A stretch of DNA of 54,090 nt, taken from NCBI GenBank assembly GCA_032718475.1, contig JAUCBJ010007710.1:1-54090 (forward strand), in the 5' to 3' direction. This document shows positions 25,875 through 38,762 of this stretch, piece after piece. Origin of the DNA: Nemertoderma westbladi (taxonomy: Eukaryota > Animalia > Xenacoelomorpha). The notes beneath the pieces were generated by a model. The model was given only the letters and a program-made list of their open reading frames with translations. It searched no databases and was not told the origin of the DNA. Position 1 is the stretch's first letter. Each line of letters starts with the position of its first letter. The position numbers and the translations under genes are program-made.

Positions 25875-27058
25875 TGTTCGCGCTTTTAGACCTTTAGCAG
25901 TTTAACCTGCCAATTTTAGGTGTCTTCCAATTTATAAATCGACTTTAGCCTACAATTATTTATTACACTGGAATAACATTAGCCGAAACCAGTTAAGCAA
26001 CCAGAAAGTTATGGCGCGACCATTCACCCACTGTTAAGGGAGACTGGATTCGGGAGCTTGGATTTATTATTGCGTTGCAGACCTACTGTATTAATCGATA
26101 TAATCCCTGACAATATATTTACTTTCGGGGAAATATTAACAGTTCCTTTAGGACGTGGCGCTTTAAGTATAATAAACAGAGTTATGACTTATACTAATCA
26201 CAACTAGATGTCTTGGAGTTGCATAAAAGGCGCATTCTTTAGGAGATGCTTTGTTATCAATCACACCACCTCACACGACTTCACACTGATTTACACTACT
26301 TCACACTAATCTGCCGACAGTCACTGAATTTGATCATATATAAGGAGGATCACAACGGACACCTGTAGGTATTATGAAATAGCATTTAATTCACACAAAA
26401 CCACTATAATGTAAGTCGCAGTTGCTACCGGTAACCTGTCCTCTCACCTTCAGTAATCAAGAAGATTGGGGTTTTTGGGTTCTTTATCGGTATTCTCCAA
26501 ATATAACAATATATCCATCAACAGATATAACCATTAATACAAACAGTAAAATAATGCGGTGAATGCAGTAGTGCAGTTAATTAAGTAAGTATGAGAATGA
26601 TATGAGTCAAGTTAACAGTTTTAGGCTTCTATAATCCAAGGTATCAGCACAGCAGTGTAGCCAAAGTCTGAAACCTCTATAGAAACACAAAAGAATCCTA
26701 AGCCGGTGTTTTGGGCTTAGAAAATATAAGACAACTGAACTGACGTGCCTGGCACGGTTTACATAAGGCTAAAGCACACATAAAAAATGAAAATCGCTCT
26801 GATTGGCCGAACTGGCTGAGCCGAACAAAGAACCAAAGCTCCTTGCAAAAAGCTCCACGTGGACACAGCTGATAGATGTCGTCATCGGAGTTCCGGTGTT
26901 TAGAGTATTATGCGTATTGCGGAAAAAACTAGCTTTTTATGTCCTCTAAAACACACATGCAGACTTAGCGGGTAAAAATCGTTTGTTATGTCCGCTAAAA
27001 TACCTACACGGTATATTGCGGAGAAAAATGGCTTATTATATCCGCAAAAGCTTTTACA
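25875..27058 (-). repeat. 3' LTR of the BEL element (1184 bp, TG...CA)
   Basis: Minus strand reads TGTAAAAG...GCGAACA, preceded by purine-rich gggagcgg (27059-27066). Contains CCAAT, TATA-like and AATAAA motifs in the expected order. Confidence 0.85.
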
Positions 27059-27136
27059 CCGCTCCCAGAAAATGGGATTTGAGTCTATAAAATATACAAA
27101 ATCACAGTTTCTAAAATATAGGAATACTCTAAACTA

Positions 27137-30100
27137 CTAGTCCTTCTTACGCGGACGGCGTTTACGCAGTTTTTTGAGGCTAGCAAGAGTCCTTTTCTCT
27201 TTGGGGCGAGCCACTTTACTAGGAGGGCTATAACTCCGGGGTGAAGGGTACAATATAATTGCATCGGAAGGTTTAGGATTGCGGTCAGTGTATCCGCCGG
27301 TCGAGGTACCCGGTTGATCGATATCAACCTCAGTGGAGCGAGGTCTAACAACTTGCAGCGCGCGTTTCAAGACGGCAGCTCTTACTGGTCCCTGACAAGT
27401 CGTCTGGACTAGGGCGGTAGGTGGACCGTGAGTAGTGAGAAATTTCCTCGGTTTGATGGTTCTTTCTAACTCGCGTTCTTGAGCTCTATATTCATAAGGT
27501 CATCTATGAACCTCCTGTAGTTCGGGATGCGAGTTGACGAACAGATCACCATATTCTGTATCTTGAAGGATGAAGTTGATCAAGTTATAGGAGTTAAGAT
27601 CATTGGGGTTAATGTTCCTGAGATATTTACGAACAAATTTGGTCGAAATATTCTCGCCAACGCGCTTCATTAGTTCGTAACTCGGCGTGCGAGATTTTTA
27701 TTCCACGGACGCGAATAGATAAAGGTGGAACGCATAAACCCCTTCGTAGGCACGTCCAGGGTAATAGCGATGACGTGACTCACAATGTAAATCCGCGTTC
27801 GCTTCCCAGGCTCGGATATAGCGTAGGGTAATCATTTCATCTACACTTTCCAGATCGCGGTTGAAAGGGCAATCAAAGCTGGCATGTCCTTTAAGTTGAC
27901 AATGATGGCACTGAGTCATAAATTGTGGGCAGACTGCGAAAATGTGCAAGTCATTGAGTCGACAATATGCACAATAGATCTCCATCGTGGGCTGTTCATG
28001 GAAGTAGGAGCAGGGTACGTTGGAGTCCACTGGGGTGAAATGGTCTCGAGATGCGCACAATCGGCAACGTTTCCTAGAGACATAATTGGCATGTCGATAA
28101 TCGTACGTAGTGAGACATTGTGGACCTTGATACCATTCTAAAACGTAGTCGTTGTCACTGCTCCAGGGTGCTGTGGGCTGAATCTCCTCGGTTTCTAAGC
28201 ATATTGGTTCGTCTTCCAATTACATAGCTGAGGCAGGTGTAGCTGTCTCCTCAAGCGAACCCAGTGTCTGGACTTCCACGATAGAATAACCCGTGGGGAT
28301 TCGAGGTCTTGTATAACAGAGGAATGTAAGTTCTGTATACAAACGTCTTTGAAAATGGCGAATCCAGCGCTGTCTAACTTCTCAGCAGCGGAGTCTCTTT
28401 GGCTGAGCTTGGTCAGAGTGTGGTCCTTGAACTGACTATCAACGTTACGGAATGGAGTCAGAAAGCACCTAAAGCATTCAAAGCGGATGAATTTATTGTG
28501 TTCATCTAGCTTGGCGAGCTTAGTTCCAAGTATTAAGGGATGGGCGCGTATAGTACGACTGCACACATCGGCTAGCCAACTGGCAAATGCGGCGTTCTCG
28601 AAGATAGTGTATATAGCTAATGAGGGGCGAAGGGGAACACTCATAAAGCTATACACTACGCCAGGTGCGGTCAATGGTCCGTCAAAGTATAATCAGGAAT
28701 AATGATCTCCATATACTTGTTGATAGGTAATAGGGTTTCCGACCTTGAAATTCCATCCGTATTCTTGGAAGGCAAGATGTCCGATGGAGGTTCGTTGTAC
28801 TTTATTTATGCCGCTGGGTGTATTGGCATACATAGTTCGGAAGAAACCTTGGCCTTCTGCCCAGGGAGCAATCAGCTGGGTATCTACGAAAGGATACGGG
28901 ATATTCTCCATGTTCCTGAAGTCGTTTTGGAGATCTCCATAAACAGCTGAGCCGATTTTAAGGATTCTTTCATTAAACAACATCTCAAGCACGGGCTGGG
29001 GTAACATCGATCCATCGCTACCCATGGCCGGTTTACGCTCGGTGTCGGTGACGTAACGCTGTGCGAGTTCGAATTGTCCATGTCGGAGTTTCTTTTGTAT
29101 CTCGGTGAGAGTCTCAAAAGAATAATCGATCACATCGGAACACGCTCGAGTAAACACGTGGGTAGAACCAGCTAGTCCTCGTATGTGTATCATGCGCGTA
29201 GTTCCCAGTTCTCCGACTGGAACGCTACCTTCGTTATCGTAAGTGACAACTCCATACATTTCGATAACGTTAAGAGTTTCGTTCCACTCTTTAGTGGCGT
29301 TCTCTAGGGTCATCCCCACTGGATGCCATAAGGTGGCGCATTCATTAGCGTTAGGGAGATCCCTATACTTCAGATACTGTGTATTATACGTCTCTACATC
29401 TCCATATCTTTGTATTCTCTCTTCTTCGAATAATACCTCGAAATTCCAATGGACTAATCGAGTTTTAATAAATCCATCGAGATTATACGGCGCCGTTATA
29501 TCCTTCTCTATTCTGGAAACATTATAGGGTTTTCTGAATGAGTTTACTTTCACTAACTGATCCAGATGTTTCTGCAATTGTTCGAGTACGACAAGATCAA
29601 GAGGATTTATTAGTGGTAGAAACCTTAGACTATGGGTAGGATCTTCCGGTTTTACCATATAATATTGAGTTAGATTGACATAATAAGGGTGGTCTTTGAT
29701 CCCATAAAACGAGTTCGGTAAAGGTCTAGCGCGTATGTTGACCTCGTGTACCATACGACGGACAAGATCCGCTCGATTGTCCGGAGGTTCAACGAGTATA
29801 CCGTAGACACGAGCGGCCTCGATTGGCGGACGCTGTAACATAGGAGCGTCAGCGATAAGATCTCGGGATCTTAGGTTGATATCAACCGGTTGGGGTTGTA
29901 CCGTTGCGAAGAGTTTGTCTCCGAAATGGGGAACCATCGAGGGATGAATGATGGTTTTGGAATAGAGATCAGTCATAAGGATTTGAGCTTCGGGTTGGGC
30001 TAAAGCTGCTTCTTCTCTCTCATCCATTTCGATGTGTTTCTCCTCGAGCTGATTTTCCTCCGCTTGTCGTTGTAAGCATTCATCTAAAAACTCTTGTAGA

Positions 30101-31388
30101 GAATAGGTTCGTCCAAGTTCGATGTCTTCCTCGAGGTTCTGGAATTCTCGATCGAACTGTGGTAAGGCCAACTCCTTCACCGATTGGACTTGTTGCTTCA
30201 ATTTACGTTTCTCTAAACAATCGTACGTTCCTTTTCCGATCTTCTGCCGAATAGCGTCTAACGCGTTTTTTGTAACGCTCTCCTCAACTTCGGTGACGGG
30301 TTGTATCGGGGTTAAACCGGGACGATTGTAAGGGTTGAACGGCGATGTAAATGTCCGCGTCCCAATCCGGATAGGTAGGATGGGCGAATATCTAGCGAGC
30401 CCACTACCGGAGTGCCACCGATTAATTGTTTGGGTAACACCAGATCTTTGAACAGTGAGTACAGTTCGGGAGGATCCGTGATACTATTAGGATCAAGAGT
30501 TTGAGGTCTCACTAGGGAATGAGGAGGTCTGACCGAGTATTCCGGAACTCTGATCATGGGTTTATTTAAGGATCGTTTGAGTCGAGCGAGCGTAGGTGAT
30601 ACGTCAAACAAATTTCGCTCGAAACTCCCGTAAGTATAGCGAGTAAAACTGTGTTTAGCGCAACGTCTCCGCGGATGTTTATGTCTTTCCGTTTGTTGGT
30701 TAGGTCTAGGGCATTCATCACAATAATACCAAAGACGCACGTCCTGTAAGGGAAACGCGGGTGATCGTACTCCAGTTTTACAATATTCCTCCATCTGTTC
30801 GAAGCTATCCGGGACAACAGGTAGCGGTCGATCGGCGGTAAGATACATCATAGTGAAATAGAGCCGTTTGAGTTCTATCATAGGGTCATGATGTATACCT
30901 TGAGGATATCGAGTTTCTAGATTTTGTTGACTGGCAATATTGAGATATGTTTCTCTCAAGAATTCCAGATATTCGTTGAAGTCGCTGCGTTTATCCGGCT
31001 CTTCAACGTCTTCTCTTTCGAGTCGGTTTCGAATAGAATTCTCGTGTTTGATTCTCGGTTTGTTGTTCCGACTCCGCTGGGTATGATATTTAAATAGAAC
31101 CATTTCCCTTTCGGTGTCTACATCGTCCGTATCGTGTAAATCAATAGGATGACCAGTAGTTAAGAAGTCCATATACGTACCATTACGATGCGTATAACGA
31201 GCGGTGAATTTTCTATAGTCCAATTCACGCGTGAGTTGTTCCTTGGACATGGGCGGTTCGATATAACGGCCATCGTCCTCCATAGTAGTTGGACTAGCGT
31301 CGCCGCATATTAAGCTATCAACAAACACTTGCAACGGTAAGGTATATCGCTCTCTGATACCAAGATCATCTTCTATCAACTCAGTCAT
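27137..31388 (-). pseudogene. BEL extra ORF (about 1,400 codons reconstructed): DEDDy 3'-5' exonuclease-like domain, CCHC zinc knuckles and basic C-terminus
   Basis: ExoI-like VVTYDNEG, ExoII-like LPQPVLEMLFNERILKIGSAVYGD, FVDTQ, SIGHLA..YG and ExoIII-like PLRPSLAIYTIFE. Knuckles CAYC.....H....C and CHHCQLKGHASFDC. ORF pieces are joined by in-frame stops (28693, 27698, about 27500) and frameshifts (about 30370, about 28200). Confidence 0.75.
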
Positions 31389-32210
31389 AGCTGCTATATG
31401 AGTTTATCAATATTATAATTAACTTTAATTAGGCTAGCGGGCGTCGCTGCCTACCCCTCACTGCCCCCAGACAGCACAAGATCCTCAGCGCCGATGTACT
31501 GACGTCGCTGTGCCTCTCGCCAACGTAGTAGCAACACAACGATAACAATAACCAGCGCGAGTCACTCCACTGTCCGTCCCAAGGGCTTAGATTTACTTCA
31601 GGTTCTTACTGTAGAGGTAGGGCTACTTTCACAACTGCGACTAGCTACTGTAAACACACTTTAGTAGCAACATTCACCTATAAACGCACAAATTCCACAC
31701 AACTGTCACAAATTGTGCACATTCGGGCCATTTGTCCGTTAGTCAAGTGCCTTCCAGAATGCCACGTTATTATTATGTATCCCTGGATACTAGCAGTGTG
31801 CTATTTATTCCGTATGCTATTCAATGGGGCAAGCTTTCTATTGTTCTTTTAACTCACTTCTAATTCTAGCGTGGTTGTTGCTATGGTGACATTATGGAAA
31901 GCTAGCAGTTGAATTAGGGTTATTCTCATGCATACAGATCTGGGATGCTATTTAATAGTAATTCTTTAATTGTCAATATTCCCCTTTATATATGATTTTA
32001 TGAATTTTATCGGCTATTGACAATATATTGAAGATTCTCTCACGCTAATATACTTAATAGGGTGAATCTCATCTCCCATGATCTATTAATTAATGGAATT
32101 TTGGGAATGTTATAAATTGTATAAAATGACAATTTATCAAATTCATGAGAGGATATGAATTTAAATTATTCCCGTAAATTTTATTATTTAATATTAAAAT
32201 AGACACAATT

Positions 32211-32518
32211 TTATTCCAGAACATGTCTGGGGACTAGGATCCTTAATTCTAGGAATTTTGTCCTTTTAAGAGTATCGGTAAGTGCTATGATATCTTAATT
32301 GACTAGAATTTCAAAGGATCTAAATTTTAACAGATTTTGATTTATAGATTTTTATAAATATTAATTATGTAATATTTAAGATGGGCACCGATTTATTCCA
32401 GAACTTGTCTGGGGACGTTAACCACTGATTCTAGAATTTTGTCTTTCAAGTATATCGGTGGGTGCCGCGATATCTTAATCGACTAGAATTACAGATGGTC
32501 AAAGGGTTTAACAGATTT
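32211..32518. repeat. Two diverged about 127-bp direct repeats (about 182-bp period) in the pol/extra-ORF spacer
   Basis: ttattccagaac.tgtctggggac ... gatatcttaat.gactagaatt ... ttaacagattt at 32211 and 32393. Confidence 0.8.
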
Positions 32519-33038
32519 ATTTTGCGTTTTACGCTACTGTTAAAGGGACATCACGCTACTATATGTATTATTTAATATACGGTATGAGAGCAATATCGCA
32601 CGAAGCAATGTCAGTAAGAAGAGGCAAGTCGTTTCCAAGGTCTACCCAGAGCTTGGTTTAGCCGAGACACGAGGATCTGAACTTTGCATTCCTAATACTC
32701 TACTTACCAATAATACTTGAATATAGTAGGAGCTTTATTGTACTTTAATAAGTACGGACATTTCATCTTACTGTAGTCACGCATTATGATACGGACAGTA
32801 AGGAAAGAGAAAAAGAATTATTTCTCGCCATTGCACTAAATATATAATATAAGTAATTAAGTAATAAAACACGAGTATATATTGCACTAGTCTACTGAAT
32901 AATCGCTAAAATAACATTCTACTGAATAAAATTAAAGAAAACGATTATAATAATAAAATTACGTAGTAATACATACATAAATATTAAAAAAAAAAATATA
33001 TATAAAATAATATAGTCACACACCCACTCCGTACGCTG

Positions 33039-36000
33039 TTACGTTGGGGAGTCCCTAGATGTTCGTTGGATTAGGGAGGTGGTCGTGGGAAGAGTATCTT
33101 GCCTTCCATAGTTTCCAGAGAGTTCTCGGTCTCTTTCCAGTAAACATAAACGACCAGCTGGGCGATTGAGTTGCTGCGTTTCGAATACAATTCCAGGTTT
33201 CTTAAAGTTGCGTCGCATAACGACGAGTTCTACCGATCGCACTAAACCATCATCAGATATATGAGTCTCGATGATACGACCTGTCTGCCACCGCTTACGT
33301 GGAAGATCTGATTCCACAATAAGGACCATGTCTCCGGCGCTGACATTTTCTTGCTGCGCAAACCACTTGGTTCGAAGTTGTAGTGTAGGCAGATAATGTT
33401 TTTCGAAATGGTCAGCGAAACGACGGGATAAAAAACTGCATAAGTTGCCAAGTTTGTCGGCAGTATTCGTCTCCGTCCGTAATTTCCGATCGTGGAAGCA
33501 TGGCTACAGGTTTCTTCAGTAGGAAATGCGCGGGTGTTAGCACTTCTAGGGAGTCGGGACTCGATGAGACTGGCATAAGCGGTCTCTCATTAAGATAGGC
33601 GGCGATTTCCTCCATTAACGTCCGCAAAAGTTCGTCGGTGAGATACGCGCGGCACGGCACTATAAAGTGAAATGCGGTCTTTACGCTTCTTATTAATCTC
33701 TCCCAACTTCCTCCCCACCAAGGGGCGTCGGCGGCGTTGAAGGTCCAGCTGGATGCTGTTACCCTTAGCTGATCGTCCACCTGTCTTTGGTTCCAATCTC
33801 TAACGTTAGCTTTGATCTCATTATTGGCACCAATGAAGTTCGTTCCCTTGTCCGATCTCATCATATTGCTAGTTCCAAAGCGGGCGATCTGTCGGCATAA
33901 ACTTAATATGAAGCTGTTGGTAGATAGATCGTTCACCATATCTAGATGGATCACTCTACAAGTCATACAGACAAATATGACACACCATCGCTTAACTATA
34001 GTCCTAGCACGATATACTTCAATAGGGCCAAATAAATCCACACCGGTATTAGTAAAGGGTGGTTCATAGAAGCTTACTCGTTCCCTAGGTAATTCTGCCT
34101 CTCGCTGTGTTAAAGGCCTACAGAATGTTTTCCTACAGGGTATGCAGTTCCTAAGAACTTGGTTCAGAGCTCTACGGGGTTTATGAAAATAATAGCGAGT
34201 TCGAATTTCGCTAAGAACTCGTTCTCTACCAGCATGGTAAAGCCTACTGTGAACATCTACAATCATCTTGATTTGTATTTCAAGATTTCTAATGAGTATG
34301 GGAAACTTAGTGTCAAAGGATAATGGAGCATTAGTTAGTCTTCCTCCAACGCATATTAACCCATCTATCATTGTACTAGAGAAACGATCCCGTAAGCGCA
34401 TCTGTGGATTTCTCAACAACAGGAAATACTTATCGGAATCTTCATAGCATTGCAGGAGTCTCAGTATCTGCTTATTGGTTTCTTCATGCTCCTGGTAGCT
34501 GATCTTCTCCTTCAGAAACCGCTCTGATACCTTATATTTGGGAAGATCTTTAATGGCATGGACCTGCGCAGATGTCAATGGGGCGGTATCACTAGCGATC
34601 TTCGTACTGGAGTAGTGATAATGGAAGCATCGCTTCAAATATACAACGGCCTTACAAAGCCGATTCCAGGAGCTATGGTGATTGATCGCTCTCTGCAGAA
34701 GAGGTGAGAGTCCCTGCGAGACGTCTGGTGTTCCAGATTTCCAGTCTCTCTCTCTAATCTCCACAACAGATTTATTTGTGGCGTGTGAGGTTAGATCCAT
34801 AGCGTCGTCCCCGGAAATGTGTAGTACAGACAGATCTATCACGGGTTTAAATAACCCTGATTTACTCGTACGGGTTTTAGGTTTGACTTTCTCCGCTCCC
34901 TTGGCTTGTCTAATCTCAGCCGTGGTGAGATGAGGAGGCCATTCATCTTCTTCTTTACTTAGGAAGTCGGGTCCACCCAACCAGTCCGAAGTATCTATCA
35001 GTTCTTGAGGAGTCGCTCCTCTGGAGGCGATGTCGGCTGGATTAATCGTCCCAGGGCAATGTCTCCATTGATCTACATTAGTGCGACTAAGTATAATGGC
35101 TACTCTGTTGGTAACGAAGATGCTGAACTGACAGAATTCATTGGTTATATACTCCAAAACGAGTAAAGCATCAGTCCAATAGACAGTTTTCTCCAGTGGA
35201 TAGTCGATCTGTTCTGTTACATTCCGGCCGATGGCTGTAGCGTATAGAGCCGCCTTTAACTCCGCTCGAGGAACTCGTAGTTTGTTGTTTATCAAGGCCT
35301 TAGAGGTAACCAAGGCAACTTTAATTCCATCAGGAGTTTCAACTCTCAGGTAGGCTACTATACCTATTCCCATATCGCTGGCGTCTCCAAACACATGGAG
35401 TTGATAGGAATACGTGGGTAGAACGTGTCCAAAGTAGGAACGGGAAATTGTAAAGTTCTCGATGGATGGTAGAGAATCTTCCCATTTCATCCACTTCTTC
35501 AGTAGTTCTCCCTTAAGTGGATCGTCCCACGAGTGGTTTTCAAGCCACATTTGTTGTACTAAACTCTGAGCAACCAATATAACGGGGCTAATAAATCCCA
35601 ATGGATCGAAATAAGTCCTCAGGATACTTAGACAAATCTGTTTGGTTCGAACTGGATTATCTCGCCGTTTTAGCTGGAAAAACAGGATATCTCTCTCCGT
35701 GTCCCATTTTAAACCAAGCGTCTTGGTTTCTGGAAGATTGTCCTTGATAAGGTCCAGATCTTTAACCCCTCGGTCTTCCACAGGAATCGATTCCAGAAAC
35801 TCACGGGAGTTGCTAGTGAATTTAGTTAGTCGAAATCCACCGCACTTCAAACACTCAACCGTTCCCTTGGCAACATCAATGGCTTCTTCCACCGATGGGA
35901 GGGACTTTAAATTATCGTCCATGTAGATATCCCGTTTGATGTTGTTGATAACCGCTTTAGAGAAGGCGTCCCGGTTGTCATCCGCAGTAGTATGCACTAC

Positions 36001-36927
36001 TGAGCAAGCGTTTGAGGGGCTCGAGATGATCCCAAAGGCTTGGATGGTCATCCAGTACTCTACCGGTTTTTGGTTGAGGTCTCCTTCAGGCCACCACAGA
36101 AATCGTAGGCTGTCTCGATCCCTATCCAGCGCCTTAACTTGTAAGAACATGCCTTCTATATCTGAGGCAAAAGCTATAGAATATTGCCGTAATCTTAAGA
36201 GTATTCCCAACAAAGATTGGAGTAAGTTGGGTCCCGGCAACAACTCAGAATTAAGGGATTGACCCATGTAAAGGGCAGAGCCGTCGAATACTACCCTGAC
36301 TACATTGGGTTTACCGGGTTTGGGAACGTAATGATGTGTTAGATAATACGTTATCTCGGTTACGGGTGTTTCTTCTGGTACTCGCTCCGCATATCCCTTA
36401 TCGATGAATTTCTTCAGCTGTGTCTGGTACATCTCTTTCGCTGAAGCATTGGCCGTAAGACGCCGATGTAGTTGCGCAATTCTCTTCTCCGCTAAAGGTC
36501 TATTATTGATAAAGTTTGGTTCTCGTCGTCGGAAAGTCAGACCGATTTCATATCTTCCTTGATCTTTGAGAAAACGGGTGATCGTTTCCTGTATCTGATT
36601 GGCTCTTTCCTCCTCGACAGATAGAGCCTTGTCATAGGAATTAGGCTCTACAGCTTCTTGAGTAAAGAATCTTACGGCGTGTTCATCGCGAATCCTATCG
36701 TTGTATCGATCTATCGCTACATTTAATTCGTCATCATAGTCGAATTGTCCGACATGACTGACAAGATGACACAGTTGTGTTTGGTTTCTCCAAACTTCAC
36801 TCTCGTTGAGGAGGTCGATTGTATTTTCCTCATCGAATAATTGGGTAATGTCGTCGTTATCTGAGGAGTATGGTGTTCCCTCAGGCATGTTCTCTCCCTC
36901 ACTGATTTCTTCTTCCCATTCACTCAC
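33039..36927 (-). pseudogene. pol: BEL/Pao pol: RT, RNase H, integrase and C-terminal domain
   Basis: RVVFDGS, SLNSELLPGP, DIEGMF.Q, YMDD, FDPLG, FGDAS, PRAEL.AA, YWTD, NPADIASRG, H...H.GR..CIPC, GVDLFGP, SDKGTNF, PWWGGSWERLIRSVK and W..GRI...DGLVR.V. Frameshift near 33430. Confidence 0.95.
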
Positions 36928-38762
36928 CTGTGTATATGGTCAGTGGGTACTCGTTCTATGAGTGTTCTCCGGGAAGGTCCAGTGAAGTACCAACCTACTC
37001 TTGTTCTCCCCGCATAGGTTTGCAATGGTTGCAGTCGAGCAGGCTGTTTTTCTAGTGTCTCAAGCGCCTCATGCGCATTTTGGCCGATTAAAATTTGCAC
37101 CCCTGGGTAGTCGGTGTTGAATCTAGGGATATCATGCTGCTGGGTAAATTCGTCCTCATCCCAGTTGTAAGGTTCTACTTGACTGGTAGCAAAGTTCTTG
37201 ATCGCCACCATTTTCACTGACCTTAAGCTATGTTCTCCTAGTTCGTCCTAGGGAGTGGACAATGCTCCTACATAGTAGTCTGTAGCTACTGTAGATTTCC
37301 AAAGCTGCATAATTCCTGAAAGGTTCAACTTAGTTCGGAACTTGGGTTGTCCAGCAAAGATGTCTTCGGCTAGTTCCTTGTCAATGAATGTTCCTGTGCT
37401 GCCGGAGTCCAGGAGGGCGTTGACTATAAAACTCTTGACTGGACCATGGACCCTCAACTGAACTACCGGGAATTCTCGAATTCCGACGTTGGAAGTTGGT
37501 GCTTTCCAAGATGGTTGTTGGTCTGGAATATTCGATTGGACTTCATTATCAGACTCAGTTTCATACGTAAGCGCTCGATACACCGCGGTGTTTATCATAT
37601 AACAGGATTCGTTTTCATCGGAGAATACGTCCGTGTAAAATCCTTCCATCTCAGAGCTGTGGTCAGTGTCGTTCACATCACTGAATTGGACGTGTAGCTC
37701 GGACTCACTTACCTGACTCGGGCTGGTTCTTTCAAATTCGGTGTGCAGCAAGATATGATGTTTCGCGCCGCACTTAGCGCACCTCGTGTCCGAGTAACAG
37801 GTCCGCCGTTGGTGTCCTTGTCTGAGACAATTATAACATAACCGCTTATCCCACATGACATCACGTCTATCTTTTAGGGATTTCTTTAAGAATTCCTCAC
37901 ATGCACTTAAACGATGGGGCCCGTCGCATAATGCACATTTAGGTTTGATGTTACTTACTTTAACTTGAGTAGTGTTGTGCACACTTGTTCTTTCCTCGGG
38001 CTTTCTTCCATGAATTCTCTTAGGAGACATAGGAGGAGTTTTTGTTACCTGTTCTCTCCTGTCACTGGTTCGAGACTTAAATTTACTTACGTCTTTGGGT
38101 GCTTTGTTGACATAGTAAGATCTTTCTGTGTCTTTCCCGCTGTTCTCCTCCTGGGAGGTTTGGCTTTCGCCGTCGTCTGTATAACACACTGGTGTTACCT
38201 TTCTCCTAGAAACGGGTTTTTCACTTACCTTATTCTCCGATGTCTTCTCTCGGGACTGCTTTAGGAGCTGTAATCTTACCTCTCCATTTAAGAATGTCAT
38301 GAGATCAGTCATGGTAGGGTCTCTTTGTTGCTGGTCCATCATATAGAGAACTCTCTTATCCCAACGCGTACCTACTCCACCCTTCGGCAAAGTAGATGCT
38401 ACGGCTCCAACAACCATAGAACTCTTATATTCATGAGATTTACCTAGCCAATCTAACTGTCTACAGATCTCCTGGATCTCATCGGAAAATTCTATAATCC
38501 CGCTGCTAAGAAACTTCCGGGGCGCTACTAATTTCGCATTCAAATACCTAGCTATGTTAGTCCTATTACCATACCTGATGTTTAGTGTATCCCAAACTTG
38601 TCTTAATCCATCTGGATGTCCAATAAACTTTAACGCCATTAACTTGGGAGGTCCTTCCAAGCACTCGATGAGGAATCTAAGTTTCTCTCCGTGGGATAAT
38701 ACGGAGCTCTGTATGTTATCTTTATAATATTCATTAAAAGGCAACCATTTTATGCAAACCAT
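36924..38762 (-). pseudogene. gag: BEL/Pao gag core, three zinc knuckles and aspartic protease
   Basis: EKLRFL..CLEG.P..W..L..RYG. Knuckles CALCDGPH..SAC, CYNCL..GH....C and CAKC..KHH.LLH. Protease ALLDSGS. In-frame stop at 37248, then ILIG..RT.VGW..TG. Confidence 0.92.

Noticed and set aside
27137-31388. Extra ORF as an envelope (env) gene
   Set aside because: No signal peptide, TM anchor or fusion-glycoprotein Cys pattern is visible. The motifs point to a nuclease and zinc knuckles.
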